Shown here piece by piece: positions 9,791-19,754 of a stretch of DNA of 64,000 nt. Position 1 is the stretch's first letter; each line of letters begins with the position of its first letter. Under the pieces are notes generated by a model, which ran no database searches, was not told where the DNA came from, and worked only from the letters and a program-made list of their open reading frames with translations. Location: positions 177 through 64,176 of the forward strand of contig CAZLQF010000006.1 in the NCBI GenBank assembly GCA_964561545.1. The letters run 5' to 3'. Source of the DNA: an uncultured Sphingobacteriales bacterium. Its GTDB lineage: Bacteria; Bacteroidota; Bacteroidia; CAILMK01; CAYYUA01. The translations under genes and the position numbers were made by a program.

Positions 9791-11245
9791 TTATTCATCT
9801 TCAACTGCTACTTGGCCTTTCCTGCCATATTTAACATCAAAAACCGTAATGGCTGCGATAAAAGCCCAGAAAGGAACGGAGGCCTTATCATAGCTTAAAA
9901 AATTGTTCAAAAAGCCATGTATAAAATAGGTTATCAAACTTATTAGAATGAAAAAAGTAGCTACTCGTGCGGTTTTATTAGGATTGAAATAAATGACCTG
10001 CATTCCATAATAGACCGTAAAAATAAACAAAAGAACCATCGTTAGAAAACCAAGAAAACCGGATTCTGCAAGGGGACCTAAATACTCGCTATGAGCATTG
10101 CCAAGGTCTCCAAAAATGGTGCTAATGCTGGTTTTTTGATGGGAAAGTTGGTAAGGCCCGTATTTAAACATGTAAGTACCCGGTCCGAATCCAAACACAG
10201 GCTTATCTAAAAACATCCTGTAAGCAGAACTCCAGCGATTGAGTCTTTCCGTATTACTCTCATCATTGGTAATGTTGTAGATGGATTGTATTTGCTGTTG
10301 GATGTTATTCCCGGAAGTGGCTTCATTTTCCTGGAGGTACAACCTTATATCTGTCCAAAAATTGAATATAAGCCCCCCAACTATGATAATCGAAAGCGCA
10401 ATAGTGCGGAATTGTATTTTTAATTTAAAAAGGACCCCTACCAGGAAGGCTACGACCAAGCTGACCCATGCAGCACGGGAAAACGAAAAAAATATTCCCA
10501 CAAGGAACAGGAGGGTAGAAAACAGTGCGATTAGACGTTGGGATAAATTGGCCCTGAGGGGCCTGTAGGCCCAGGCAAACCCCAAAACTACAGGAAATAC
10601 AAGCGCCAAAGTTGCACCATACATAGTATGCTCCTTGAAAAAAGGCTGACAAACCAGATAGGAAACATCCCTGGTAAACCCCATAGCCTGATGTCTAACA
10701 ATGGCATAAACAATGACACCTGTTAAGGGAATAAAATAAGCCCAGATGAATTTTTTAAGGTTGGCGTAATTCTGAAACAACTCCAGCGGCAAAAAGTAAA
10801 AAACCAGCATGAACCACATTTGGCTTAAAAAGTCCTTAAACGAAACCAGAGGCATGGTACTGGTGGTAGTGGTAATCAACATCCAAAACAGGTTAAAAGC
10901 CACGAGAATGCTTAAGGGGTGTTTGATGTATTTTAGATCGATCGGTGCGTGAATAATTAGCCTAAGGATGTACAATACCATGAGTGAGAAAATAAGGGGC
11001 TCGGTAGGAAGGTTCATGCTAACCCCAATGCCGGAAAGATCAATAATTACACTCAAGGGGGTACAAAAAACGATGAGGAAAAACATGGCTTTGGGCTTGT
11101 AGATCATCAAAAAAGCCATGATAAGGCCAATGGGTATAGCACCCAATAAATAAAAACCATCCGCAACGAAGTAAGCATTGACCATGGTAAATAAAACAGT
11201 GATGGCCGTTACTAATATGAGGTGAGTCTTGGATAGCTTATTCAA
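9791..11245 (-). CDS. O-antigen ligase/Wzy_C family membrane protein
   Basis: Multi-TM protein with SFSRAAW, PVFGFGPG and AHSEYL..LAESG motifs. Confidence 0.9.
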   Translation of the reverse strand: MNKLSKTHLILVTAITVLFTMVNAYFVADGFYLLGAIPIGLIMAFLMIYKPKAMFFLIVFCTPLSVIIDLSGIGVSMNLPTEPLIFSLMVLYILRLIIHAPIDLKYIKHPLSILVAFNLFWMLITTTTSTMPLVSFKDFLSQMWFMLVFYFLPLELFQNYANLKKFIWAYFIPLTGVIVYAIVRHQAMGFTRDVSYLVCQPFFKEHTMYGATLALVFPVVLGFAWAYRPLRANLSQRLIALFSTLLFLVGIFFSFSRAAWVSLVVAFLVGVLFKLKIQFRTIALSIIIVGGLIFNFWTDIRLYLQENEATSGNNIQQQIQSIYNITNDESNTERLNRWSSAYRMFLDKPVFGFGPGTYMFKYGPYQLSHQKTSISTIFGDLGNAHSEYLGPLAESGFLGFLTMVLLFIFTVYYGMQVIYFNPNKTARVATFFILISLITYFIHGFLNNFLSYDKASVPFWAFIAAITVFDVKYGRKGQVAVEDE

Positions 11246-11280
11246 AACTTCTTTTTTCTTAATGATGTCCCTGGAATGGC

Positions 11281-12303
11281 TTAAGATTTAATGGTATTTC
11301 TAATGGCCGGTAATTTATCGATAAATACAAATATCACAGTAGCAAATAAAAAAGCAGCAATCATTGAAACAATAGCAATTACGCTTCTTACCGGGCTAGC
11401 TTTTTTATCAGAGGGAAAGGCTTTACTGATGACATAAATATTGGAAACATGCTGGTTGGCATCCGCTTTAATGAAATTATACCTTTTGTGCAACTTGGCC
11501 AGTTCTTTAAGTTCAAAGACCATTCCTTCTTTTAGCCTATAATGCGTAGCCCCATATTTACCAAGTGTATCCATTTCCGCTTTAATTTGTTCAGCAGCCT
11601 CGTAATTATTATTGACAAGCGCTCTTGCATACCCTTCGCTAAGGCCGCCAGCTTGTTCTGCTATATTAAAAACCCCTTTTTGCGTCATGGCTTCTATGGA
11701 GTCGGTCATGGTATTGATTTGGCCCAGCTTATCATGATATTTATGCTTTACCAGGCGAAAAGCTTGCATGGCCTTTTTACGCATCAAAATGTTCTTAAGG
11801 GAGTCTGCATACTGAACAATATCATTGGCAATTGAAGCAGCTTTTTGAGGATCTTTATCCATCACAGTCACTCTAATCGATAAAAACTGCGTTTTTTCAA
11901 AACCTATATTACTCTCAAATTGCTCATTGTAATCATACATAGCCCCTTTTTTATCAGGGTCAATGTCGTAATGCTCCATGAGGTTATATTGCTTTCTTAT
12001 GTAGCTTTTAACTTTTTGAGATTTGAGAATTTGAAGCATTTTTTCTGCCTCCTCCTCTTCAGCAAAAGCAATATAATCCTGCTTATCTGTTGGGTTTTCC
12101 TGCATAACATTGTTGGAAAAAGCCCCAGAAGTTGTGGGATAAAAAACCGCAGAGGATTTATATTTAGGAGTTGTAAACGGTGGGCTTGCCAAAATGAAGG
12201 ATGCAACCCCGGCCAACAATACAATGCCAATTAAGTAAACACGCCAGCGGTAAAGAAATTTAATAACACTAATAAAATTAAATTCAGTTTCATCCTTTGT
12301 CAT
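11281..12303 (-). CDS. Wzz-like polysaccharide chain-length determinant
   Basis: Two terminal TM helices, PKYKSSA motif, periplasmic helical region, KKASPVR before TM2. Confidence 0.85.
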   Translation of the reverse strand: MTKDETEFNFISVIKFLYRWRVYLIGIVLLAGVASFILASPPFTTPKYKSSAVFYPTTSGAFSNNVMQENPTDKQDYIAFAEEEEAEKMLQILKSQKVKSYIRKQYNLMEHYDIDPDKKGAMYDYNEQFESNIGFEKTQFLSIRVTVMDKDPQKAASIANDIVQYADSLKNILMRKKAMQAFRLVKHKYHDKLGQINTMTDSIEAMTQKGVFNIAEQAGGLSEGYARALVNNNYEAAEQIKAEMDTLGKYGATHYRLKEGMVFELKELAKLHKRYNFIKADANQHVSNIYVISKAFPSDKKASPVRSVIAIVSMIAAFLFATVIFVFIDKLPAIRNTIKS

Positions 12304-12428
12304 TGAGGTAAATATTTAGCTTAAACAATTATTGAAAGCGCAAAATCCGAGGGCAAATTTCATAAATTTTTAAGTCATTGTTTTTTTATCATAGTATTCT
12401 TTGACTATTAGCGCTTACCTGTAGCTTA

Positions 12429-13370
12429 TTATACCTGCAACCATGCGGAAAGATCTTGATCGATCAAATTCTCGGTTTTTTTAACATCCGCTTCATAAAA
12501 GCTTTTTAAAAAATCTTTGGCTTCGTTCGATAATGGAGGAATGGCCGCTTCTTTTAGGTAAACTTTGCGAAGTCGATCCTTTAAAAATCCAGGTAAGAGG
12601 CTTGCAAGCTTTAAACGCAATCCCGATTTATTAAGCCATTCGTTAACCATTTTAAAACGGGGAATTCCACCTTGATTAACTTGGTTATTTAAATCAAAAT
12701 CATAAGGCGCTACCCCCAGAAAACTCGTTAAATCTCTCATACATGATTGTGGGTTGTCCTTAAGCTCCTCATTTAGTATGATTTTTATTTGATGAGAAGG
12801 GAAAAGCTCATAATAACGTTTTAACTGTTCATAATAAAAGCCCAATTCCAGGAATAATTCAGAAATACCCCACCCTTTTCTTGTTTTGGCTTGATCTTCC
12901 TTTAAAGCCTCCATAAATGATTTAGAAGTAAAACCGAACTTGAGGGCCATCAAATAATGCGAATAAGCCCTTTCTATAGGGTTTCTTAATACAGCTATGA
13001 GCTTAACATTGGGTAGTTGCCTGGCTATGTTATGAGGCGCTTCTTCTGAATACAAGTAGGATGTGCTGGCTTCTCCCTTTACCTGATTGGGCGCTGCATT
13101 TTCAAATAATTGTTGATACCTTGCCTGATCCCGCAAAAAAGCCAAAAACAGTTGTTTTAAAGGTTGATCTTTAAAGTAACGATCCAGGTCAATTACAGAA
13201 TTGTTGTAGTACCTTTCGTTAAATGCTTCTGGTTTAATATCAGTCGAAAAAAAATTGGGCTCTTTGATCGGGCTAAAATAAATATCCTGATGCTGGGATA
13301 AATAATGAACCAATGAGCTCGTGCCCGCTTTGGCAGCCCCAATGATCAAAAAATCCGGTTTGGTGGTCAT
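12429..13370 (-). CDS. PAPS-dependent sulfotransferase
   Basis: 5'-PSB PDFLIIGAAKAGTSSL, KEPNFF, GEASTSY, 3'-PB LRNPIERAYS; ATG at 13370 overlaps the flippase stop (ATGA). Confidence 0.93.
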   Translation of the reverse strand: MTTKPDFLIIGAAKAGTSSLVHYLSQHQDIYFSPIKEPNFFSTDIKPEAFNERYYNNSVIDLDRYFKDQPLKQLFLAFLRDQARYQQLFENAAPNQVKGEASTSYLYSEEAPHNIARQLPNVKLIAVLRNPIERAYSHYLMALKFGFTSKSFMEALKEDQAKTRKGWGISELFLELGFYYEQLKRYYELFPSHQIKIILNEELKDNPQSCMRDLTSFLGVAPYDFDLNNQVNQGGIPRFKMVNEWLNKSGLRLKLASLLPGFLKDRLRKVYLKEAAIPPLSNEAKDFLKSFYEADVKKTENLIDQDLSAWLQV

Positions 13371-14701
13371 GCTTTTTTCCATGGCAATCCGATGGTCCAA
13401 AATTTAAAGTATTTGTAGACAAATAAAAATGCCAGCAAATTCCATAAAATAGTGCTAATACTTGTGGCTATGGCTGCTCCGTCTATACCCATCTGCGGGA
13501 TCAGGATAAAATTGAGGAAAAAATTTAAAATGGCCACCCCAAGTAGAATAAATTGAGAAGTTTTTTGATGGCCGGTCATGTTCAGCATCAATAAAACCGG
13601 ACCAACCAAAGAGTTAATAAAATGGCCAACCGCCAAAACGAGTAAGCTAAACTTGCCATCAATGAATTCACTTCCGAAGATATTGAGCAAGAAAGCCGGG
13701 AATACCAAAATAACAAAAATGATAGGAATGGTTAGCAATATAATGATGGAAGTGGTTTGATGAGTGAAAAGTTTTAATTCGGCTTTGGCATTTTTTCCAT
13801 AAAGCTCAGATATCTTGGGCGCAGCAATGGTATTTATAGCAAAAATGATGAAGGTATTAAGGTTGGCCAACCTTGTAGCGATCTCATAGATGCCAAGCTG
13901 ATCCTGGCTGGTCATGGATCCAAGCATGATCTTGTCCGTCCAAGTCATTAAGTAAAATATGGTGCTTACCAACATTAAGGGAATCGCATTGGACAGCAAA
14001 CCTTTGTAGGAGACAGGCCTTTCAACTGTTTGAGCCGGCTTCATATAAGTTTTCCACATGAGGATACTGAGCAAAGCCATGATCGTTTCACCGCCTAATA
14101 TAGCCCATACAACGTTATTCAGAGATGGAGTAAATGCATGTAATACCCACAAGCATAAACTTCCTACCAAGAAAACCATACCGTTTTGAAAAATGGAAAA
14201 AAGGGTGATACTCTTGAGCCCCCTGAAAGCCTGGGCGTGGAGTTTCATAAGAACGGTTGGGATCAAAGCAGCAGCAATTATTTTAATGCCTGTTTGATAA
14301 TCTGTTTTACCAATCCCTGCAAGAAGTTCTGGAAGCAAAAAGTAGCCGAGCATAGCCAGAAAAGCGCTCGTAGCCAGAACCAATACGATTCCTTTGAAAT
14401 AAGTGGCGCGGATGGCACCCCAAAGGTTTTTTGGGGCATAATCAGCCAATGCCCGAACAATATAGGTCTCCATGCCCAAAATCCCAACAATGGCTAAAAT
14501 GTTGAGCACTGTAAAGCAGAAAGAGAAAAGCCCATTGCCTGATGGCCCATAAAGTTTAGCCACAAGAAAATTGAACAAGTAAACCAACAACCCATTAGCA
14601 ACCCTGAAAATAAAAGCAGTTGAACTGCCCTTGACAAGCTCGGCTAAATTGGCATCCATTAACGGAAGATATCGCTTGACCTTGGCCCTGATTTGTTGCA
14701 A
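13367..14701 (-). CDS. Polysaccharide flippase (Wzx/MOP family)
   Basis: About 12 TM; TDKIMLG, LGIYEIA and LIPQMGIDGAAIAT motifs. Confidence 0.92.
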   Translation of the reverse strand: MQQIRAKVKRYLPLMDANLAELVKGSSTAFIFRVANGLLVYLFNFLVAKLYGPSGNGLFSFCFTVLNILAIVGILGMETYIVRALADYAPKNLWGAIRATYFKGIVLVLATSAFLAMLGYFLLPELLAGIGKTDYQTGIKIIAAALIPTVLMKLHAQAFRGLKSITLFSIFQNGMVFLVGSLCLWVLHAFTPSLNNVVWAILGGETIMALLSILMWKTYMKPAQTVERPVSYKGLLSNAIPLMLVSTIFYLMTWTDKIMLGSMTSQDQLGIYEIATRLANLNTFIIFAINTIAAPKISELYGKNAKAELKLFTHQTTSIIILLTIPIIFVILVFPAFLLNIFGSEFIDGKFSLLVLAVGHFINSLVGPVLLMLNMTGHQKTSQFILLGVAILNFFLNFILIPQMGIDGAAIATSISTILWNLLAFLFVYKYFKFWTIGLPWKKA

Positions 14702-14821
14702 TAAACGCTAATTTACAACTACAAAAATAAGACCTTCAAATTTTATAAGCCGCATTGAAACCCACAATCCAATCTTTAATTCCCAAGAAAAACTGCATTT
14801 TTGCTGTTCAAATCCTTAACC

Positions 14822-15943
14822 ATGAAAATCGCGGTCAATACCAGATTTTTACTAAAAGATCAACTTGAAGGCATAGGTGTTTTTACCCATGAAACCATGC
14901 AACGCATTACCCGCAATTTTCCCGACAATGAATTCATCTTCATTTTTGATCGTCCTTACGATGAGGCTTTTATTTACAACGATAACATTACTCCAGAGGT
15001 CGTTTACCCGCCTGCTCGTCATCCGATTTTATGGTATTGGTGGTTTGAATGGAGCATTCCAAGAATCCTCAAAAAACACCAACCCGACATTTTTTTATCA
15101 CCGGATGGCTATTTATCATTAAGGAGCAATTTCAAGGCTGTACCCGTTATTCATGACCTTGCTTTTGAACATTACCCTAATGACGTGCCCTGGACCACGC
15201 GTAAATATTATCATTACTTCTTTCCCCGTTATGCAAAAAAAGCTACCCGGATTGCCACCGTTTCTTCTTATTCCAGGCAGGACTTGGTTGATAGGTATGC
15301 CATTAACCAGGATAAAATTGATGTGGTTTACAACGGGGGCAACAAGTATTTCAAGCCTTTAACAGCGCAAAAAAGAAATGAGGTCAAACAATCGCTAACT
15401 GGTGGTCATGAGTTTTTTGCTTATGTAGGATCGCTGCACCAAAGAAAAAACATTGACAACCTCTTAAAAGCTTTTGATTTGTTCAAGGACCAAACTGAAA
15501 GTGATCTTAAGCTGGTATTGATAGGGCGCAAAGCTTGGTCTACAGAAAAATTGGAGCATACTTATGAGCAAATGAAACACCGCGATGAAGTCATATTTAC
15601 GGGTAGTTTGACCTCAAGTGACCTCTCCACCTGCTTGGCTTCAGCTTACGCGCTTACTTATGTTTCCTATTTTGAGGGGTTTGGCATCCCACTGATAGAA
15701 GCCATGAACTGTAACGTGCCCGTCATCACGTCTGATCGTTCCTCTCTTCCTGAGGTAGCTGGAGATGCCGGATTGATCGTTGATCCTTTTAGCCCGGAAG
15801 CAATTGCAGATTCAATGCAAAAACTTTGGGAGCGACCAAGGTTAAGAGCGGATTTAATAGAAAAAGGCAAAATACAGCGAGAAGTTTTTTCATGGGATAG
15901 AACGGCGGATTTATTATGGCAAACCGTGCTAAAAGCCTTGTAA
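14822..15943 (+). CDS. Glycosyltransferase family 4
   Basis: MKIAVNTRFL start; IHDLAF, RKNIDNL and EGFGIPLIEAM motifs. Confidence 0.93.
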   Translation: MKIAVNTRFLLKDQLEGIGVFTHETMQRITRNFPDNEFIFIFDRPYDEAFIYNDNITPEVVYPPARHPILWYWWFEWSIPRILKKHQPDIFLSPDGYLSLRSNFKAVPVIHDLAFEHYPNDVPWTTRKYYHYFFPRYAKKATRIATVSSYSRQDLVDRYAINQDKIDVVYNGGNKYFKPLTAQKRNEVKQSLTGGHEFFAYVGSLHQRKNIDNLLKAFDLFKDQTESDLKLVLIGRKAWSTEKLEHTYEQMKHRDEVIFTGSLTSSDLSTCLASAYALTYVSYFEGFGIPLIEAMNCNVPVITSDRSSLPEVAGDAGLIVDPFSPEAIADSMQKLWERPRLRADLIEKGKIQREVFSWDRTADLLWQTVLKAL

Positions 15944-16032
15944 TACTAAAAATCTAAAAACGGCATGGCAGAATCGTTAACATCTTACCATTAAAATTGT
16001 TGTTCCTATAAACTAAAAATACTTGTTGAAAT

Positions 16033-16683
16033 ATGGCATTTACAGAGGAATTGTGGAACTCTATAAAAAATGTTTACGACCAAATTATTCGGCACCCTTT
16101 CAATGAAGAATTAATGAAGGGAACGTTGGAAAAAGAGCGGTTCAAATTTTACATGCAGCAAGATGCACTTTATTTGTTCGATTTTGGTAAAAGCCTTGCC
16201 CTGATGGGTGCTCGTGCCGATTCGCCCGGTTACTTGCAGCAATTTGCCAAATTCGCTGAGGGTGCTGTGACCGTAGAAAGCGCTTTGCATGACCAATATT
16301 TTGCAAAATTCGGGGTCTCAGGGGAAGCCTCAAAATCGCCAACGTGTATGAACTATACCAGTTTTTTGTTGGCAACAGCTGCTACGGCTTCCTATGAAAA
16401 GAGTATGGCTGCACTGCTGCCTTGTTTTTGGATTTACAAAGAAGTAGGCGATTACATCTACCAAAATGCAGCACCTAATAACTTTTATCAGGAATGGATC
16501 GACACTTATTCAGGAGCGGCTTTTGCCGATTTGGTTGAAAAAGCCAAGAACATAACTAACGAATTGGCGGCTGAAACTTCCCATAAAAATAAGGAAGCCA
16601 TGAAAGGAGCTTTTATTTACAGCTCCAAATTAGAATGGATGTTTTGGGATAGTGCTTACAGACAAGAACAATGGCCGGTATGA
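16033..16683 (+). CDS. tenA: Thiaminase II / TenA
   Basis: HPF..EL..GTL, YMQQDALY, catalytic LLPCFWIY, EWMFWD. Confidence 0.93.
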   Translation: MAFTEELWNSIKNVYDQIIRHPFNEELMKGTLEKERFKFYMQQDALYLFDFGKSLALMGARADSPGYLQQFAKFAEGAVTVESALHDQYFAKFGVSGEASKSPTCMNYTSFLLATAATASYEKSMAALLPCFWIYKEVGDYIYQNAAPNNFYQEWIDTYSGAAFADLVEKAKNITNELAAETSHKNKEAMKGAFIYSSKLEWMFWDSAYRQEQWPV

Positions 16684-16800
16684 ACTTAAAATAATGAAAA
16701 GCATTTCTATCATTTAAAGGCTTTAAATTTTACCTTAAAAGGTTCATGAATCAAAAATGCTTGGTTATTAAAAATCATGCTTTTTTCTTAAAACAATAAC

Positions 16801-17928
16801 ATGCCATCAAATCAAAATGATCAAATAGCCATAATTGGCGGAGGAACGATTGGCCTAAGCATTGGGTGGCAGCTTGCCAGAAATGGAAAAGCAGTAACCA
16901 TTTTTGACAGGGACCAAGCAGGCCAAGCGACCAGCCACCTCGCAGCAGGAATGTTGGCACCTGTTGCAGAAGCAGGATTTGAGGAAGTTGAATTGATGCA
17001 ACTTGGACAAGAGAGTTTGCAATGGTACCCCGAATTTATTGAGGAATTAAAAAAAGATACCGATTTAGCACCTGATATCGAACGCTGTGGTACTTTGCTT
17101 GCAGCACTTGGCAGGGATGATAATCAGCAAATGAGAAGATTGCATCAATTTCGTAAGGAATTGAACCTGGAAGTAGAATGGCTCACAGGCACAGAAGCTC
17201 GCGAAAAAGAGCCTTTACTATCTCCGCGGATTCCAGCTGCAATGTGGTTTCCCGGAGATGCCCAGATAGACAATCACCGGTTATTAGAAGCATTAATAGC
17301 GGCTTTCAAAACCAATGGGGGGCAACTGCTGGAACAGAGAAATGTTAACAGTATAGCCAAAGCAAATGCGAATAGTTTTCAAATTAATACAACTGAGGGC
17401 GCCCACCACTTTTCACAAGTGGTTTTGGCTTCCGGAAGCTGGATTCCCAAAATTGATGTAGAGGCTTCAATTCATATCCCGATCAGGCCAGTAAAAGGTC
17501 AAATCCTCGTCCTTAACCAGATAACAGAATTCAAGCTTTCTTCCATGGTGAGGTTTTTAAGGGGCTATTTGGTACCTAAGGACTCGGTTATTTGCGTTGG
17601 GGCCACTACGGAAGAAAAGGGCTTTAATACCCAACCAACGGCAGGAGGAATCAAAAACATTTTGGAAGAGGCTTGGGAAACCATCCCAGCAATATTTGAC
17701 CTTCCAATCGAAAAGGTGGAGGCAGGGCTTAGACCAGCAACCCCTGATAACGCACCTATCATTGGCGAAACTTCAGTAGAAAATTTGTTTTGTGCTTGCG
17801 GCCATTACCGCCATGGTATTCTTCTAACGCCCATCACTGCTTTCGGATTGGCCAACGAAATCCTGGAAGGCAATAAATGGACGGCATTGGAAAATTTCGG
17901 GCCCGCAAGGTTTGAAGATCAAACGTAA
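16801..17928 (+). CDS. thiO: Glycine oxidase ThiO
   Basis: GGGTIG FAD motif, AAGMLAP, RPVKGQ, GHYRHGILL; adjacent to thiS and thiG. Confidence 0.93.
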   Translation: MPSNQNDQIAIIGGGTIGLSIGWQLARNGKAVTIFDRDQAGQATSHLAAGMLAPVAEAGFEEVELMQLGQESLQWYPEFIEELKKDTDLAPDIERCGTLLAALGRDDNQQMRRLHQFRKELNLEVEWLTGTEAREKEPLLSPRIPAAMWFPGDAQIDNHRLLEALIAAFKTNGGQLLEQRNVNSIAKANANSFQINTTEGAHHFSQVVLASGSWIPKIDVEASIHIPIRPVKGQILVLNQITEFKLSSMVRFLRGYLVPKDSVICVGATTEEKGFNTQPTAGGIKNILEEAWETIPAIFDLPIEKVEAGLRPATPDNAPIIGETSVENLFCACGHYRHGILLTPITAFGLANEILEGNKWTALENFGPARFEDQT

Positions 17929-17967
17929 ACAACCTGATTATCGTTAAATTTAAAAAAATCTATTGTT

Positions 17968-18174
17968 ATGAAGCTGACGATCAATGGAAAAGCCTACAAA
18001 ACAGATCAAGCAAATACTTTAGATGAGCTCATGAGCGAGTTCAGAAATTCAGAAAGCCATGAAGGGATTGCTGTAGCCGTAGATGAAGAGGTCATTCCTA
18101 AAAGTCAATGGGATGTTTATCAAATAAAAGATGGCAGTAGCATTGAAGTAATTACGGCTGTGCAAGGAGGTTAA
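17968..18174 (+). CDS. thiS: Sulfur carrier protein ThiS
   Basis: 68 aa, AVAVDEEVIP, C-terminal VQGG. Confidence 0.95.
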   Translation: MKLTINGKAYKTDQANTLDELMSEFRNSESHEGIAVAVDEEVIPKSQWDVYQIKDGSSIEVITAVQGG

Positions 18175-18548
18175 TGAATGGTAATACATTGTAACAACTG
18201 GTAATATTGTTGTAAAAAAATTGGTTGGGGAGCTGTGGTTGAAACGAAATGGAAAATGGTAGAAATGAGGTTGTAAGGTTGTTGAAAAAGTAAAGGCCAC
18301 CAACGACCCCTATCGAGCACTTAGAAGGAGAAATCGAGTTAATATCTTTTAATTTCAAAGCACGTTTTATAAGCTCAAATACATTAGCCTGAATAAATTT
18401 TAATCAACCCGAACTTTACAAGGCCTAAAAACTCAAACCAATTTCAATGCATAATTCGGCATCCAATAAACCCAACTTAGCAAAATCACATTCAAGTTGA
18501 TTCGAAGAATCAGCTTAGTGGCTTGATTTTTTTAACGTGTCCAGTAAC

Positions 18549-18593
18549 GAAGGTCGGGAGACCTTCATGCATTAGAACGATTTTAATGCATGA
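18549..18593 (+). other. Two adjacent inverted repeats upstream of thiG
   Basis: GAAGGTC-GGGA-GACCTTC (18549-18566) and TCATGCATTA...TAATGCATGA (18565-18593). Confidence 0.55.
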
Positions 18594-18656
18594 TTTGGAA
18601 AAATTTCGTATAATAAAATAATCTTTTGTCCTGAATATTAAATCTTTTATTCTAAC

Positions 18657-19436
18657 ATGACACCTTTACAAATAGCAGATCAAACATTTGAATCCCGCTT
18701 GATCATGGGATCGGCCAATTTCCCAAATGCCGAGGTCATGCGGGATGCTTTAAAGGCAAGCGGCTCTGAACTGGTAACGGTAGCCATACGCAGGACCGAT
18801 CTTCAAGGCAATGGCCAGGAAAACACTTTAAAATACTTAAAGCAGGATGGTTATTCCATTCTACCCAACACGGCTGCTTGCTTTACTGCTAAAGAAGCAG
18901 TACTGACAGCGCAATTGGCCCGTGAAGCATTAGGCACGAATTGGGTTAAACTGGAGGTCATTGGAGATGAAGAAACCTTGTTTCCGGATATACCCGAGTT
19001 GTTAAAAGCAACCGAACAACTTTTGAAGGAAGATTTCGTGGTATTGCCCTATACCAACGATGACCCAATAACGGCTAAGAAACTCTCGGACATGGGTTGT
19101 GCGGCCGTAATGCCTTTAGGCGCCCCAATTGGTTCAGGAATGGGCGTTCGCAATCCTTACAATTTAATGATCATTCGCGATCAAATTGAGGCACCCATGA
19201 TCGTAGATGCAGGCGTTGGAACGGCTTCGGATGCCGCTTATGCCATGGAAATCGGAGCAGATGGCGTATTGTTGAACAGCGCTGTTTCTCAAGCCAAACA
19301 TCCGGTTCAAATGGGCGAAGCCATGAAACTTGGCGTACAAGCAGGTAAACTTGCTTACGAATCAGGCAGAATTGCTCAACGCCTATACGCGAAGGCTTCC
19401 AGCCCAATGGAAGGAATGATTGGAAGTAAGGAATAA
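18657..19436 (+). CDS. thiG: Thiazole synthase
   Basis: [37 protein letters not shown] motifs. Confidence 0.97.
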   Translation: MTPLQIADQTFESRLIMGSANFPNAEVMRDALKASGSELVTVAIRRTDLQGNGQENTLKYLKQDGYSILPNTAACFTAKEAVLTAQLAREALGTNWVKLEVIGDEETLFPDIPELLKATEQLLKEDFVVLPYTNDDPITAKKLSDMGCAAVMPLGAPIGSGMGVRNPYNLMIIRDQIEAPMIVDAGVGTASDAAYAMEIGADGVLLNSAVSQAKHPVQMGEAMKLGVQAGKLAYESGRIAQRLYAKASSPMEGMIGSKE

Positions 19437-19534
19437 ATATGCTTTGTCAGCGATACCATTATCAGCGTCCGATGACGGTGTAAAAGTTAACTAAATTTCC
19501 GTCCATTGGTTTGGTTGAAATTGCCAAAACCCAT

Positions 19535-19542
19535 TATATTTG
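19535..19542 (+). promoter_or_regulatory. -7 box (TATATTTG) of the tRNA-Asn promoter
   Basis: TAnnTTTG ending 23 nt before the tRNA. Confidence 0.75.
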
Positions 19543-19565
19543 CACCTCGTTTAAATGAGATTCAT

Positions 19566-19639
19566 TCCTCCCTAGCTCAGCAGGTTAGAGCGACTGACTG
19601 TTAATCAGTAGGTCCCCGGTTCGAATCCGGGGGGGGGAG
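19566..19639 (+). tRNA. tRNA-Asn (GTT); CCA not encoded
   Basis: TCCTCCC/GGGGGGA acceptor stem, anticodon arm ACTGA-CTGTTAA-TCAGT, T arm CCCGG-TTCGAAT-CCGGG. Confidence 0.97.
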
Positions 19640-19649
19640 CTTACCAACG

Positions 19650-19674
19650 AACCGCCTTCAAGGCGGTTTTTTTT
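19650..19674 (+). terminator. Intrinsic terminator after tRNA-Asn
   Basis: AACCGCCT-TCA-AGGCGGTT running into a T-tract. Confidence 0.85.
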
Positions 19675-19699
19675 GGCCAAAAACCACTTACTAAGCATA

Positions 19700-19737
19700 A
19701 AAAAAGGGCTTGGCTTTCTTAAAACCAGCCCTTTTTT
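19700..19737. terminator. Bidirectional terminator-like hairpin after the Omp28-like gene
   Basis: AAAAAAGGGCT...AGCCCTTTTTT. Confidence 0.7.
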
Positions 19738-19754
19738 ACCCCATGCCTTTTAAA

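Noticed and set aside
17929-17967. AACCTGAT after thiO, resembling part of a TPP riboswitch
   Set aside because: The spacer is only 39 nt and lacks the CUGAGA motif and flanking stems
18164-18174. AAGGAGG at the end of thiS as a Shine-Dalgarno
   Set aside because: It encodes the obligatory Gln-Gly-Gly C-terminus of ThiS, and no credible ORF follows
19629-19637. G9 homopolymer as a phase-variation tract
   Set aside because: Fully explained by the T-stem and acceptor stem of tRNA-Asn
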